Source: Mayamaea pseudoterrestris
Taxonomy: Eukaryota
Direction of reading: 5' to 3'
Assembly: GCA_027923505.1 (NCBI GenBank)
Contig: BROI01000020.1
Coordinates: 558,001 to 622,000, forward strand
DNA length: 64,000 bases
Shown piece by piece: positions 23,301 through 35,093 of this stretch (position 1 is the stretch's first letter; each line of letters opens with the position of its first letter). The notes beneath the pieces are model-generated. The model had not been told where the DNA came from. It did not search any database and saw only the letters and a program-made list of their open reading frames with translations. Made by a program: the position numbers and the translations under genes.

Positions 23301-24451
23301 GACTGGTGGCTTGGAACGCTGACGTCCTGTTGCGGCTACTTAAGCAAATGGTAGCCCGACGAAAGTTGCAGAAACTTCCACTTCGGGGAATTGGGACAGT
23401 AGATGAAAACATTTACCTACAAGACGGCAACTTGATCATCGACGAGGTTAAAGAGATCATTACGCTTCCCACGTATGACACGCATGGCAACGCTGATGAG
23501 CTCGACTTGGATCAAGTGGAGATTGGCAATGATGTTGTGGAGGCGTTGTTCGACTATGTTTCCAACATTGCTGCGTTATACCGAAACAATCCCTTTCATA
23601 ATTTTGAGCACGCTTCGCATGTGACAATGTCGGTCACAAAACTGCTTTCTCGCATCGTCGCGCCTTCCGACATTGAATACAATCAGGCGTCGGGCAAATC
23701 GTTACATGACCACACATATGGTATTACGAATGATCTTTTGACGCAATTTGCGTGCGTGTACAGTGCCTTGATTCATGATGTTGACCACAGTGGTGTTCCA
23801 AATGCCCAGCTTGTTGAAGAGAAGAGCCAGCTGGCGCAACTTTACAAGAATCAGAGTGTCGCCGAGCAAAATAGCGTCGACTTGTCCTGGAACTTGCTAA
23901 TGGACGAGCGCTATTCGGCTTTGCGGCGTACCATTTACACCAACGAAGCTGAATTCCATCGCTTCCGTAAACTGGTTGTGAATAGTGTAATGGCAACAGA
24001 CATTGTAGACAAGGAGCTAAAGACGCTGCGGAATAAAAGGTGGGAGGCTGCATTTTCAAACATCGAAAATGCTGAGAGTATTAATGACGTCCGCAATCGC
24101 AAAGCCACCATCGTCATTGAGCATCTAATCCAGGCCAGTGACGTCTCTCATACAATGCAGCACTGGCATATATACCGCAAGTGGAATGAGCGATTCTTCT
24201 TCGAATGTTTCCGTGCCTGGAAGGAGGGCAGGTCAGCTCAAGATCCCAGTGAGTCTTGGTACAAGGGCGAAATGGGCTTTTATGATTTCTATATAATACC
24301 ATTGGCCCGTAAGTTGAAGGATTGTGGCGTTTTTGGGGTGTCGAGCGAGGAGTATTTAAATTATGCGCAAAGGAACCGCAAAGAATGGGAAGCAAGAGGG
24401 GAAGAAGTCGTCCAAGAAATGATTCTAAAGGCAAAAGAGATGGATTTTTAA
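20334..24451 (+). CDS. Membrane class III nucleotide (probably guanylate) cyclase fused to a cyclic-nucleotide phosphodiesterase; exons 20334-20663, 20811-21396, 21521-21843, 21946-22821, 22896-22913, 22991-24451
   Basis: Two TM helices flank an extracellular sensor region. Cyclase motifs TVLFADIAGFT, FKVETIGDCY, RVGIHSGPV, RFQ|LFGDTM|NTASR; PDE motifs NPFHNFEHA, LIHDVDHSGVPN, MATD, IQASDVSH. All five introns are GT-AG and keep the frame. Confidence 0.93.
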
Positions 24452-24578
24452 CCCAAGAGCTACGCTAACGCTTACTGCATTGATCAATATTCTCTCACGT
24501 TCTACTATTCATGTAATGGTACGACGATTAGTGTAGAATGCCTTCAATTTAACCATCCGCGAACTCATGATGAACCAT

Positions 24579-26525
24579 CTACGAAGCGAAATTTTCCTTA
24601 ACATACTTCTTAAAGCACTTGTAATCCAACATGACTTGATCATGGTAGTTCATTGCCAGCTGCGTGATTGCTTTGCGCCAGGCCTTTCGGTGCCGATACT
24701 CCTCTAGGGCTGCATACAAGACGTGCTTGAATTGCGCCGGAGACTTGCTGACACTTCCTCGAACGTGACTCGTCGCCGTCGCAATGGCTACTTGCTCTGC
24801 AAACATGGTAAAGTCCTCCTTGTCGGTTATAGCGTCCAGATCTGGCGATGCCTTCCAGGGCGACCGCTGTCGAACAACAAATGCTCGGTCGTCAATGACA
24901 ACCCAGCCGGTGAATGGATCGGTAAAGGACGTGAGCGCCCGCTGCGCCTTGACAGCTCTAGCCGCCGCATGTGGAAACATGACATCGTACCAGGCCGCAT
25001 CGGCCTTTGACAGGACTCTCGAGACGGCTCCCCACGGTTCAAATTTCACGTCCAAGATCACGGCACTCCCACCCGGCGTACCATCGGTTCCATTCAGCAG
25101 CACATAGTAACGGTCCACTCCATACGAGCCAACGCCCGATCCAACGCGTCTCGCCACATCCACGACTTTATAGTAGTCGTCGTCCCACTCGCGGACGCGA
25201 AAGCCCATCTTTTGCATCGTGGCTCCGTATTGATCCGACGTAAAGGTTTGCTTGATGCGCTCCTCCAAGTCCGAGTCAATCTTTTCGAGTTTCATTGCTT
25301 CCTTCTTGACGAGCCGACGTTCCATTGTCGAATTGTTCATTTCCGTGTACTTGTCGAGCTGCTTGTACTGGGAATTGACCGATTCAACGTGCTTTAAAAA
25401 GTCTCGTAAGCTTCCTTGGGCAGTCTTTGGTGTAATTTCGCTCACCAGGGCCACGTCGTTGCCAACGTAGGAAAAGACTTTGGCAACGTACGTGCCAAGA
25501 AAGGCGTAGACAATGTTCTTAATGGCGTTTGGCTTGAATCCGTTGGTGTAGGCGTGATTGTAGATGGAAACTGCGATGCGAATGACGTCAATGTGGAAAT
25601 CTGAAGGAACCGAGTAAGAAGCGACAAATTATGAGCGAGTTCTACATGCTTGGTCAAAAACAAAACAAACAACAACTTTGATCGTGCAGAGCAGCCAAAG
25701 CTAGCCAGCCCAATCCCTTTGTCCCTCCTCCAACGTACCATATATCGCCGCCTCATCAAAGTCATTGACTCCGAAGACAACTTCCCCACCCCGATTCTTC
25801 CATGCCCCAAAGTTCGACAAGTGTTGATCACCGGTAATCCACGTATACAGCGACTTTTCCGAAAACGGAATGCCATCCATTTTGGGTTGTATGCCAATAC
25901 TGCTCAACGTAAAGTTGCTCCACTTGCCGCCGGCAAAGTCCAGCCAAAACAGTTGCGCCGTGGCGCGGTAAAAGACGCTATAGTCTTGCGACTGAATGTT
26001 GTACTCTTCGACGAGTACGCTTCGTGGAACGCCAAAGGCTTCGGCGCGCTGCATAAACACGTCAATGACGTGACTGCAGCGCTTGCTGGCGGATGGTGGC
26101 TTCCAGTACTTGCGGTTGGTGGATCCTTCCAATGGAATGGAGGATGAGAATGATGATGAAGAAGTCTTGTCGTGCTCGTCTATTATGTTCGTAGTCGTCA
26201 TGACTTCAACGGGCGAGTCATCGTAAACGTCATTGTCAAGGAACCTTCTCCAGTCGGTCACTGCTTGCGCTTGCGTTGCTGCTGTCACGCTTTGGAATGA
26301 TGTCCCATTGGCTTGCGTATGATTGCTGCTACGAGCTTGAAACAGCGCGAGATTTGCAAAAAGAGCAGTGACTGCAGCAGCAACACCGGCTATTACAGTA
26401 TATTTGCGAATAGACCGTCTTGGCTTCGTTTCAGTCTCTGTCACTGCTGCTGTCGGAAGGAGGCATTGTCGCTCCCCGTTAGCATCAAAGACATCAAGAT
26501 GCTCATTCGTTTGTCGCATTGTCAT
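24579..26525 (-). CDS. DUF2252-family protein, copy B, complete; intron 25601-25738
   Basis: Same motifs as copy A plus C-terminal DVARRVGSGVGSYGVDRYYVLL, ILDVK, DPFTGW and FVVRQRSPWK, typical of DUF2252. Confidence 0.88.
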
Positions 26526-26989
26526 GAAAGTTGCGTGCAGCAAACAGCAAGCTGTAAAATCCTTTTGTCCCTTTTAGTCTATTTAATGCGAGAGATATAC
26601 CGAGTAGCCAAACGATCCTACCTTGGATGGATTTGTCGTCATGGTGGAGTCGGTCTGCTGGTTGCAGTTCGCGATCTTTTCGCTTGTCGCTCTGGTAGTG
26701 AAATCGTCTGGCTGGCTCGTTGATCGTCACGCCAGGCGGACGATCGACTCACATTTTTTCGCGGGAATTGACGAGCTCGCTCAGCTCGCTATCGATCGAG
26801 CCGCATGTCCAATGCAATGCTTGCGATTCATACTTCAAGACCATCTTGATATTGCTATATATACAGCTTTTATAGCTACCACCTTAACACTGCTAGTCAG
26901 AAATATTTTTCTGAACCTTTATACTCCACACTCTGCTGCTGCAACCCCAATACCCGCTACCCACTGACAGTCATTTTTCATCTCACATC

Positions 26990-28129
26990 TCATCGCAAGT
27001 GCAAAAACCACACCAGCAACAGTCGCGATCCATTCGTAATCTCCCGACCCGCATGCACCAACGATCCCGGATGAAAGAGTAGCTCGCCCCGCTCCAATCG
27101 CACCGTCGCATCCAAGTCGCAAAAGTACGTGCCACCACCCTGATACTCGTTCGAATGACTCAATAGCAACTGCGCCGTGACATCGCACTTGTCGTGGTGC
27201 AGCGGCACACCAGAGTGCGAAACGTCATACTTTAACACGTGCGGCTGGTTGGTATCCATGCGCACCACCGGAGGCCGCTGGCAGCGAGAGCCCGCGTAGA
27301 GCTGCTGGAGCGACCACACCACAAAGTCCGTCAGTGGTTGCGCGAGCGACATGCCTCCCGGAATCTCCGCCAGCGGCAAGTCCTGCTTGGTCAAACTGTA
27401 CAAGTTGGTTTCCCAGCCGTGGCGACGAGCATTGGCGTGACTTTCGGCGCGCGCCATGATTGGTTCCAGCAGTGGAAGTAGCGCATCGGGAAGTTGCGTT
27501 TTAAAGACGCAACATTGCGGCGGTCCAATCCTCGTGGCGGCAAACTGGTAACTGTGTGAACTCGAGGAGGATCGCGATAAAGTCATTTGCGAAAGCTGCA
27601 GTGGAGGTGGTGGCGGCGCGCAGCCGCCCAAGTCCTCCATGGCTCGGCACGTCAAAATGGCAATGTCTTCCACCGAGGATGCTCCGCACGAAACGTCTTC
27701 CGCGCCGCAAGGAAAGCAGTCGTTTGGTGCCGAAAAGTCGCCGTCGTGATTATGGGCTTGCGGTGGTGTGCGCAACGCTGGCGGTGGCGGCAATGGTCGA
27801 GCTGCATAAATGGGAGTCTCCATCAGCTTGTGTTTGCTCGCCACTTGCTTGGCGGTAGCGTTTGCCATGGCCATTCTCTCGCAAGGCGGCAATGGCGGCG
27901 GCGGTGGAATAGCGACACTTGCCACCGGCATGCCTTGTTCCTGAAAATGTGGCTGCACGCGCGAGGTACCCGCCAAAGCCCGTAGGCACGCTTTCGTTTG
28001 AAGGTACAACGGTCGATGCTGCGTTTTACGCTTGTGCCTGGTGGACGCTTCGTCAAACGGAACATTGTCGTCGTCGTCGTCGTCGGGAATGACGTGCGGA
28101 GGTTTGCGATGATGGGAGCGATGGTTCAT
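26990..28129 (-). CDS. 2OG-Fe(II) oxygenase, copy B
   Basis: 379-aa paralog of 2153-3295; the catalytic domain translation is identical. Confidence 0.88.
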   Translation of the reverse strand: MNHRSHHRKPPHVIPDDDDDDNVPFDEASTRHKRKTQHRPLYLQTKACLRALAGTSRVQPHFQEQGMPVASVAIPPPPPLPPCERMAMANATAKQVASKHKLMETPIYAARPLPPPPALRTPPQAHNHDGDFSAPNDCFPCGAEDVSCGASSVEDIAILTCRAMEDLGGCAPPPPPLQLSQMTLSRSSSSSHSYQFAATRIGPPQCCVFKTQLPDALLPLLEPIMARAESHANARRHGWETNLYSLTKQDLPLAEIPGGMSLAQPLTDFVVWSLQQLYAGSRCQRPPVVRMDTNQPHVLKYDVSHSGVPLHHDKCDVTAQLLLSHSNEYQGGGTYFCDLDATVRLERGELLFHPGSLVHAGREITNGSRLLLVWFLHLR

Positions 28130-28700
28130 GCCGTGTTTGCAGAATTAATGGAGTAGCGAGGAAACTGGAGCTAGAAGAAGTTGGAGATCAAGTGGCTGCC
28201 GTCTTGTGTTGTAACAGCCTCCTCCACTTGCAGCAGCATTGGAGTTGTCCGTTTTTCGCATCGCACTAAAAATTGGATTCCCGCCATGGTTTTCGCATGA
28301 GAGTCGACCCACATGGCTAGCGCGACGGTTGGAGGTGCGGCGATCGCCATGGTGCATGATTATGTAGATGGCAGCATTGCTCGGAGGTGTGCGTGTCTCG
28401 TTATAGGAGTTATTCAGCACTGAGTGGATTCTTACTGATACAGTAGGGTGTGAGCGATAGTCCTGCCATTATCATGCAGCTATCATATGACCGGATCGAG
28501 TGTATTGAAACAATAAGGTTGGCAATGAGAGGCTAGCTAACGTGACTGATGTCAGTTCCCACGACTCGATTTTGGTCGCGGATGCGTGACATGCCGATCC
28601 TCCATCCACCATGAAGATTCTCGCCGCGTCAGCCGTCGTTCAAACATCATTGGCTCGCTCGAGAATCTTTAGCGAGCATACTAAACGATAGTTTATCATC

Positions 28701-30038
28701 ATGAGAATTCTCCTTCCTATTATTTGCCTCGCAGCATACGCCAAGCTATCGAATGGTCTCGCTTTGGAGAATCCTCGTCGTTTCTCGACTGCTTCCAAAG
28801 AAACGCAACAATCTACATTTAGCATCAATCAACCTACATCCAGCAAGCTATCTCGTCGCCAAGTCATGAACCATGCAGCAGCTGCTGCAACGACTGCAGC
28901 CTTTGCCGCGACGCAGAGTGGTCTTTTGCTTCCCGCTCATGCCGCCGTTGCTGCTTCGACAACCTCCTCCTCCTCATCATTACACCTTGCAGCAGCTGCC
29001 ACCACTGCCACCACTACCAAGATTCCCACCGTCTCACTCGGCAAGTCCAAGCTCCAGCTATCACGCTCCATCCAGGGCTACTGGCAGCTGGCCGGCGGAC
29101 ACGGCAAGTACCGCGAGTCCGACGCACTGGCGAACATGAAAGCTCACTACGACGCGGGATTCACTTCGCTCGACACGGCCGACATTTACGGTCCGTCGGA
29201 GCGCATCGTGGGCAATTTCGTTGGAATGCAACAGCAACCAGAGAAACCAGTTGTTTGCACCAAGTTATGCTGCTTTCGCTTTTTGGACGACATAAATCGT
29301 GTTGAAGTGCGCGACCGCATCACAAAGGCGTGCGAGCGACTCCAAGTGAAACAACTGCCACTAGTGGCCTTGTTTTGGAGCAACTACGACGTTAAACGCT
29401 ACGTGGATGTCGGACTATACTTGGCGGAGCTCCAGGAGGAGGGACTGATTGGTGAAATTGGCGCCACCAACTTTGACTTGGTGCGTCTTCAGGAACTGCA
29501 TAAAGCTGGCGTGCCGCTGGTCAGTCACCAGGTGCAACTGAGCGCCCTGGATCGGCGGCCCGTCCAGTCGGGCATGGTGGACTGGTGCAAGGAGCATGAC
29601 ATTAAGATTATTAGCTTTGGTTCCGTGGCGAGCGGCATTTTGAGTGACGCCAGCTTGAACGCACCATTGCCACTGACGAAACAGGAGCAAACGACGGCGA
29701 GTTTGCGATTGTACTCCAACACGGCGGAGCGGTTCGGCGACTGGTCGTTGGTGCAAGAGTTGCTGCACGTCATGAATGACATTGCTCAAGGAGTTCGTAT
29801 TGACGGCCGCTGCGAACAGGCAAGTATCAGCAACGTTGCGCAGCGCTACGTATTGGATACACCGGGTGTGGCGGCCATCATCATTGGCGTGCGCAATTTG
29901 AATCATTTGGAGGAGAACGTGCGGACACACTCGTTTACACTCAAAGCGGATGAATTGGAGGCCATCAATCAAGTGGTGGCCAAGCGAAAAGGACCGAAAG
30001 GTGATGTGTGGGACATTGAACGAGGTTATGTTGTTTAA
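28701..30038 (+). CDS. Aldo-keto reductase family protein, copy B, with signal peptide, transit peptide and twin-arginine-like leader
   Basis: Intact 445-aa ORF; leader MRILLPIICLAAYAKLSNG-L...SRRQVM...LLLPAHA; AKR motifs as in copy A. Confidence 0.92.
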   Translation: MRILLPIICLAAYAKLSNGLALENPRRFSTASKETQQSTFSINQPTSSKLSRRQVMNHAAAAATTAAFAATQSGLLLPAHAAVAASTTSSSSSLHLAAAATTATTTKIPTVSLGKSKLQLSRSIQGYWQLAGGHGKYRESDALANMKAHYDAGFTSLDTADIYGPSERIVGNFVGMQQQPEKPVVCTKLCCFRFLDDINRVEVRDRITKACERLQVKQLPLVALFWSNYDVKRYVDVGLYLAELQEEGLIGEIGATNFDLVRLQELHKAGVPLVSHQVQLSALDRRPVQSGMVDWCKEHDIKIISFGSVASGILSDASLNAPLPLTKQEQTTASLRLYSNTAERFGDWSLVQELLHVMNDIAQGVRIDGRCEQASISNVAQRYVLDTPGVAAIIIGVRNLNHLEENVRTHSFTLKADELEAINQVVAKRKGPKGDVWDIERGYVV

Positions 30039-30329
30039 CATGTTTATAGTTGTCATGCGAAAGTAAACCTTTTTTGTTTGAATACAAAATTTAAATATCA
30101 TGAGCAAGTCACTGATCAAATACTTATTGGCAACAAAGAGATAGCTAATGACAGACTTTCTGCTTGACGTTTCGTTTGAAACTGGCCAATGGGATCGTTT
30201 TCACGTGCGCAAAACTATCCGTTACTCGCGCCGGCTGGCTTGCAGTGCGTTGAGCGAGACGCACCATGACGACAAAGCAAAAACAAAGCACCGCTGCCGC
30301 AAGTCTATCTACATGTTAGCATTAGTATT

Positions 30330-33281
30330 ATGTATCTACAATCGCAGTCGCATCGCACCAAGACCTCCATCATCATGGTGATTTTGCTGTCGGCGTGGGG
30401 CATGCTGACGACGATACTCGACGATCGCCGGAACCGACAAGTCATGCATCATCAAAGTGAGGGCGTCTTGAAGCATTTGCTAATGGAAGTGGAAGCGACG
30501 CTACGGAAACTGAATGAAACGAATATGAATTCAGCTCATATCAATAACAATAATTATACAGCCATTGAGAGACTCGCCATGAGCTACGAAACACAACCGC
30601 CGCCCTTTTGGCCCAATTTGGCCCTGGAAAAGTACAAGCTCTTTCACTCGGCGGAAGCCTTGCGAAGAGAGTTTGCGGATGCAGCAAAAGCAGCGAGTAA
30701 TAAGAATAATGACAGCAATAACAGCAGCAGCAATCAATATTCACCTCCCCGCAAATACGCCGTCGCCTACTATTGGTGTCCCGATCGATCGGGCAATGTG
30801 CTTCACAATTTAATGTGGAGCATGGCTTGGGCCGTGACGCATCATCGCACGCTGCTTTTGGAGTACGTCGCGCCGCACTTGGCGTATAACGCACAACAAG
30901 ATTGCGATAGCGTCATGCGTCTGCAAGAGTGGATACCCACCATGAGCGAGTTTCATAAGCAAGTGTTTGGTGCCAATAGTAATAGTGACAACGACAGCAG
31001 CAACGACGTGATTGTCATGCCAGTGCCGCTCGACGTGCAGCGACTGCGCTACGACTTGCGGCATAAAGTGGTCGTTTACCCGCAAATACCCGACATGCAG
31101 TCGCTCGTGGATGACCATTATTCATCAAAGGCAGCTTCTGATTCCAAACACAACAATGAAACAACATTCTCATCACTGCCGCTCATATTCAATCGCCGCT
31201 TGTACACGCAGGAGTGGGGCACGGAGCCGCTCAAGTATAGCGCCTACGTGCGTTCACTCCCCGTGTCCATGGAAGCCACCTTTGGCATGCTGCACAAGTA
31301 CGGCACCGACTACTTGGTGGGCATGCTGCTGCGGCATTCCATAATCAATCTATATGAAAAAACGAGTAGTAGTGCAAAGCAGCAATATACGTCACGGCGA
31401 GAACTAATTCATCGCAACAAGCGACGGAGAAGAAAGTATGAACGAAAAACGACCGACGACGCGAAACGCATCAAGCCGTCACTGTTTTCTGCAACACCAC
31501 CAGCCTACTACAAGGAGGACGACCACATTTCCATTGCCTTGCACAGTCGGCATGTCGTTTTGGGCGACGACGGATCCTTCGTCGACCAGGAGAAGCGTTG
31601 TTTGCAGCAAGTGTTGCAGCGCTTTACGCAAGCCCAAAAACAGCAGTGCACAATATATCTAATGTCGGACCGCCCAAAGACGCTGACACTGCTGGCAGAC
31701 TGGCTGCGGGCGTCGACATCCACAAAATGCACACCAATTTACATAGACGCCAGTGACCACTTGAACAGTTCACTGCGACTGACGGAGCATGGTGTACACG
31801 CCGGCCGCGGCTACTGGCAGGACTGGGCCATGGCGACGCAGGCGAAGTCAGCAGTCATTGGTGACACGCGTCGCAGCAGCTACAAGCTGGTCAAGGCGAC
31901 GATTGTCTACGACCGCGTCATGCATGTGTATCAAAAGTATCTAGATGTCAATGTTACGAAATACATGCGTCCACTGGTCGAGTGCGAGTTGCCGAGTCGA
32001 CCAAGTAGTGGTTACAGCTATGGATACCATTCGCCGCAGTTTACGCACTATAGCTTGGCGGCGCCGCTGCAACCGGTGCAAGTGCTGGATAGCTACAAAA
32101 ACAAGATGATGCAGCAGCAGGCGGCGGCGGGTCAGGTGCGAGACGAGGAGGAACACGATGATGGCGGTGAAAGCGTCGACATTGATGACGATGGTAATGC
32201 TGCCACTCCGTCCACCAAGTACTTTATTGCCTACTACGCGTGTCCGTTGAATGCCAAGGGTGACGGGCTCGAGCGCTTCATGAATGGTACGTATTGCAAA
32301 TATTAGCAGTGATTGTATACAATTTTATGCGACCTTGATACTCACGCTTGACTCGTTGCAGATTTGTTACTCGGCGTGGCGACGAATCGCACGTTGCTTG
32401 TCAAGTACTGGGACTATGAAACATGCCGGCAGAGGCAAGGTGCGGGCTGCCAACACAATTTGCGAAACCAGACTGCCTGCGATGAACTGTTGACGCGAGC
32501 CGATTGGATGTGGTCATACGACGATTACTTGAAGGAGCATGCAGCAGCAGCAGCGCAAGGCGATGTCGCGCCAGTGCTAGTCACCAATATACATAGCAAG
32601 AGTTGGCAGCATGCCAATGTTGTCGAGTTTCCGACCATGACTCGCCAAGAGCTGCAACGCTTACTACTAGGCAGTGGCGATGAATCTTCGCGACAAACGC
32701 GGCGCTTGTCGATTGGAGGAGTGGACGTTGACACAACGACCAAACTGTTTGAGCAAGGGCCTGCGTTTCTGTATGGATTACTGTTCCACGAAGCGTTCCA
32801 ACTGAGCCCAATTGTCAGGCATGACGCCTTTGCCAGTGACTTTCCTGGCGCGCAGCAATTCACAAACTCACTGTCAATTGCCATGCTACCAGGCGCAAAC
32901 TCGTTATTTGACAATGAACTCTCTTGCCTAACGTCAATCATTCGCAGCCAACCCGCTGCTCCAACGTGTCATGTCTTAGCCGCGCCAGATCCAGCGGTTG
33001 TTGTCAGCGAGGAGCTGATGGCAAGAGTATCGCAAATGAGTTGCACTGTTTGGACAATCAACAATGCTGATATAACCAACGAGGATCACTTCAGTCAATC
33101 ATTGTCATTTCTTCGGTCCACTCTTCTCGCCTCGTACGCTCGTTCGGGCATTATTGGCATGAATCAACCAAGCATGGCGCTCGACTGGATCGAGTACAAG
33201 CGCCGTGTCGAAGTGTGGAAACTGGGACGGCAACCTCCCATTCTGCCAGCGTTGACGAGATGTGATCCTGCGGATATTTGA
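30330..33281 (+). CDS. Type II membrane protein with two tandem fucosyltransferase-like (GT-B) domains; intron 32287-32361
   Basis: N-terminal anchor. Domain 1 has SIALHSRH, IYLMSDR and QDWAMA...AVIG..RSSY, resembling FUT motifs I-III. The splice joins ERFMN-D-LLLGVATNRTLL, which mirrors MWSMAWAVTHHRTLL of domain 1. Confidence 0.65.
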
Positions 33282-33657
33282 ATAGATGCCAGGGTACCTG
33301 GACCTAACAGTTGGAACCGTTCGTCTGGTGTGCAACCCAGCAACATGTGCTGGTGCTTCTTGCCATGGTGTTGACTGGCGAACCTGAAAAAGTCGCGAGT
33401 TGCCTTGCAACCATGAATAATATCAAAATACTACAGTATTGGTCAGAAAATGCACGTGTTCTGCTTGCATTTTGTATCCAATCACAGCTTGCTAGTAGTG
33501 CAGGTCGCCGTTTGAACGAAAGGCGTAAACTACCCCTATATGATATTCCCATTAATGAACAAAAACAATGCTAAAATCTTTATATGATATATGATAAATA
33601 TGTGTCTCACGTACAATATATACTTTCGTATTCACTTCGTCGCCACCACATTCACTC

Positions 33658-34533
33658 TCACACTTTCCGCAACTTTTTGTTGGTTTGCTGCCACACGAAA
33701 TTGGCCACTTGCGTCGAGCACATGACTAGATTGCGCTGCGCCACTTGCACTGGCAGTTCGGACAGAAAGTTGCGCTGCTGCAGCGCCTCGGGATATATAA
33801 TCACCAAGTGCCGTAGTACGTCGATTGGCGCGCCGTACCGACACGCGACATGCAGTAGATTGTTTTGGTGCCGATCCAGTGGACTAATTGGTGGCGGATG
33901 ATGCAAGAGCAGCGTGTCAATGCCTTTCACAAACTGCGGCGAATACTTGAGCATGACGTGCAGCGACGTTTCCTTCTGGTGGCCGTCCAGCAAGTGGGAC
34001 ACATGGGGCTCCGCCTCCAGTAGCAGTTTAATGATTGCCAAGTCTAGCTTGTGGCGAATCGCCAAGTTGAGTGGATACTTGTAGTTTTCGCAAGTTTGTT
34101 TTGTCACAATTTTTCCCGACACTGGATCGTACGACTTGATCGTCTTGGCAATGCTGCGCGGTCGAGCGGCGGCGGTCGGATCAATGCGAAGTTGCTCGCG
34201 AATGTCATCCACGGAAGCCTTGCCGCTGCAGCAGAGTGAATGGAGTGACGAAGCAGCCACGGTTGACTGCTGCTGACACTTGAGTTTCTTGCTGGATCGT
34301 TCACTGTCGTCAGTGAAAGGTGACGGATGGCTGGACTTTTTGCTGCTGCTGCTTGTTTCACTGACGCTGCCAATGAGCCACGACGGAACGTCATTGTCGT
34401 TGCTTGGCGGCGCAATTTCGTCAAAGACGGACTTGACGAACGAGTCGTGATCATCATTTCCTAGCCATGAATGACTGTCAAACAGGTGGGAGGCGTTCAT
34501 GTCAATGTTCAAGAGATCCGCAGACTCTTGCAT
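33658..34533 (-). CDS. Ankyrin-repeat protein
   Basis: YPLNLAIRH...IIKLLL, ETSLHVMLK, NNLLHVACRYGA..DVLRHLV and RNFLSELPVQVA repeats. Confidence 0.85.
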   Translation of the reverse strand: MQESADLLNIDMNASHLFDSHSWLGNDDHDSFVKSVFDEIAPPSNDNDVPSWLIGSVSETSSSSKKSSHPSPFTDDSERSSKKLKCQQQSTVAASSLHSLCCSGKASVDDIREQLRIDPTAAARPRSIAKTIKSYDPVSGKIVTKQTCENYKYPLNLAIRHKLDLAIIKLLLEAEPHVSHLLDGHQKETSLHVMLKYSPQFVKGIDTLLLHHPPPISPLDRHQNNLLHVACRYGAPIDVLRHLVIIYPEALQQRNFLSELPVQVAQRNLVMCSTQVANFVWQQTNKKLRKV

Positions 34534-35093
34534 CTTGATTGTTTCAAACCAAAATTGTGACGGCCTTGGTTTGGATGCAGAGTATGGTGACTCACGAAAC
34601 AAGCTGACATCGATACGCTCCCGTTTTTATACTCCGAAAGACCAACTCCGCGTCTGTTGATACTCTTTCGTACGGATGAATTCGGCTTCGGAAGAATTGT
34701 GGGTGTCTTTTCAATGTCCTGTTCGCGTTTCGACACATAGGGCATATGTTTTAATCCTGACTATCATACGTGGACAAATTTTGTGCGATGGTGTTCGGTC
34801 ATTTCGTCCGACGAACCACTCCGTCGGAGTCGAACGATTGTGTACATTGTAGGGCAGTCTAGAGTTACTCCGCTCATCGGAGTGTCAAGTCATGTCGCAA
34901 CGTAACTCAGCAGCAAGCGCGGTGCGACCATGGCGCAATGGGTCCGCACGCATCCATGGCGTTCCGTCGCGCGACGAAACAAACGAGAAGCCGCGAGCAA
35001 CGACAAGCAATATTAACGCAATCGCTGTTACGCATCGAAGCAAACATCCAGTAAGCCAGAAGCAGTACAGAGGAAAGTGCAATCAATTTTTAA

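Larger units (their letters stand above)
24848..30159. repeat. Segmental duplication, copy B (true left edge cannot be placed because copy A leaves the window)
   Basis: Direct colinear match to 1-5285. Confidence 0.97.
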
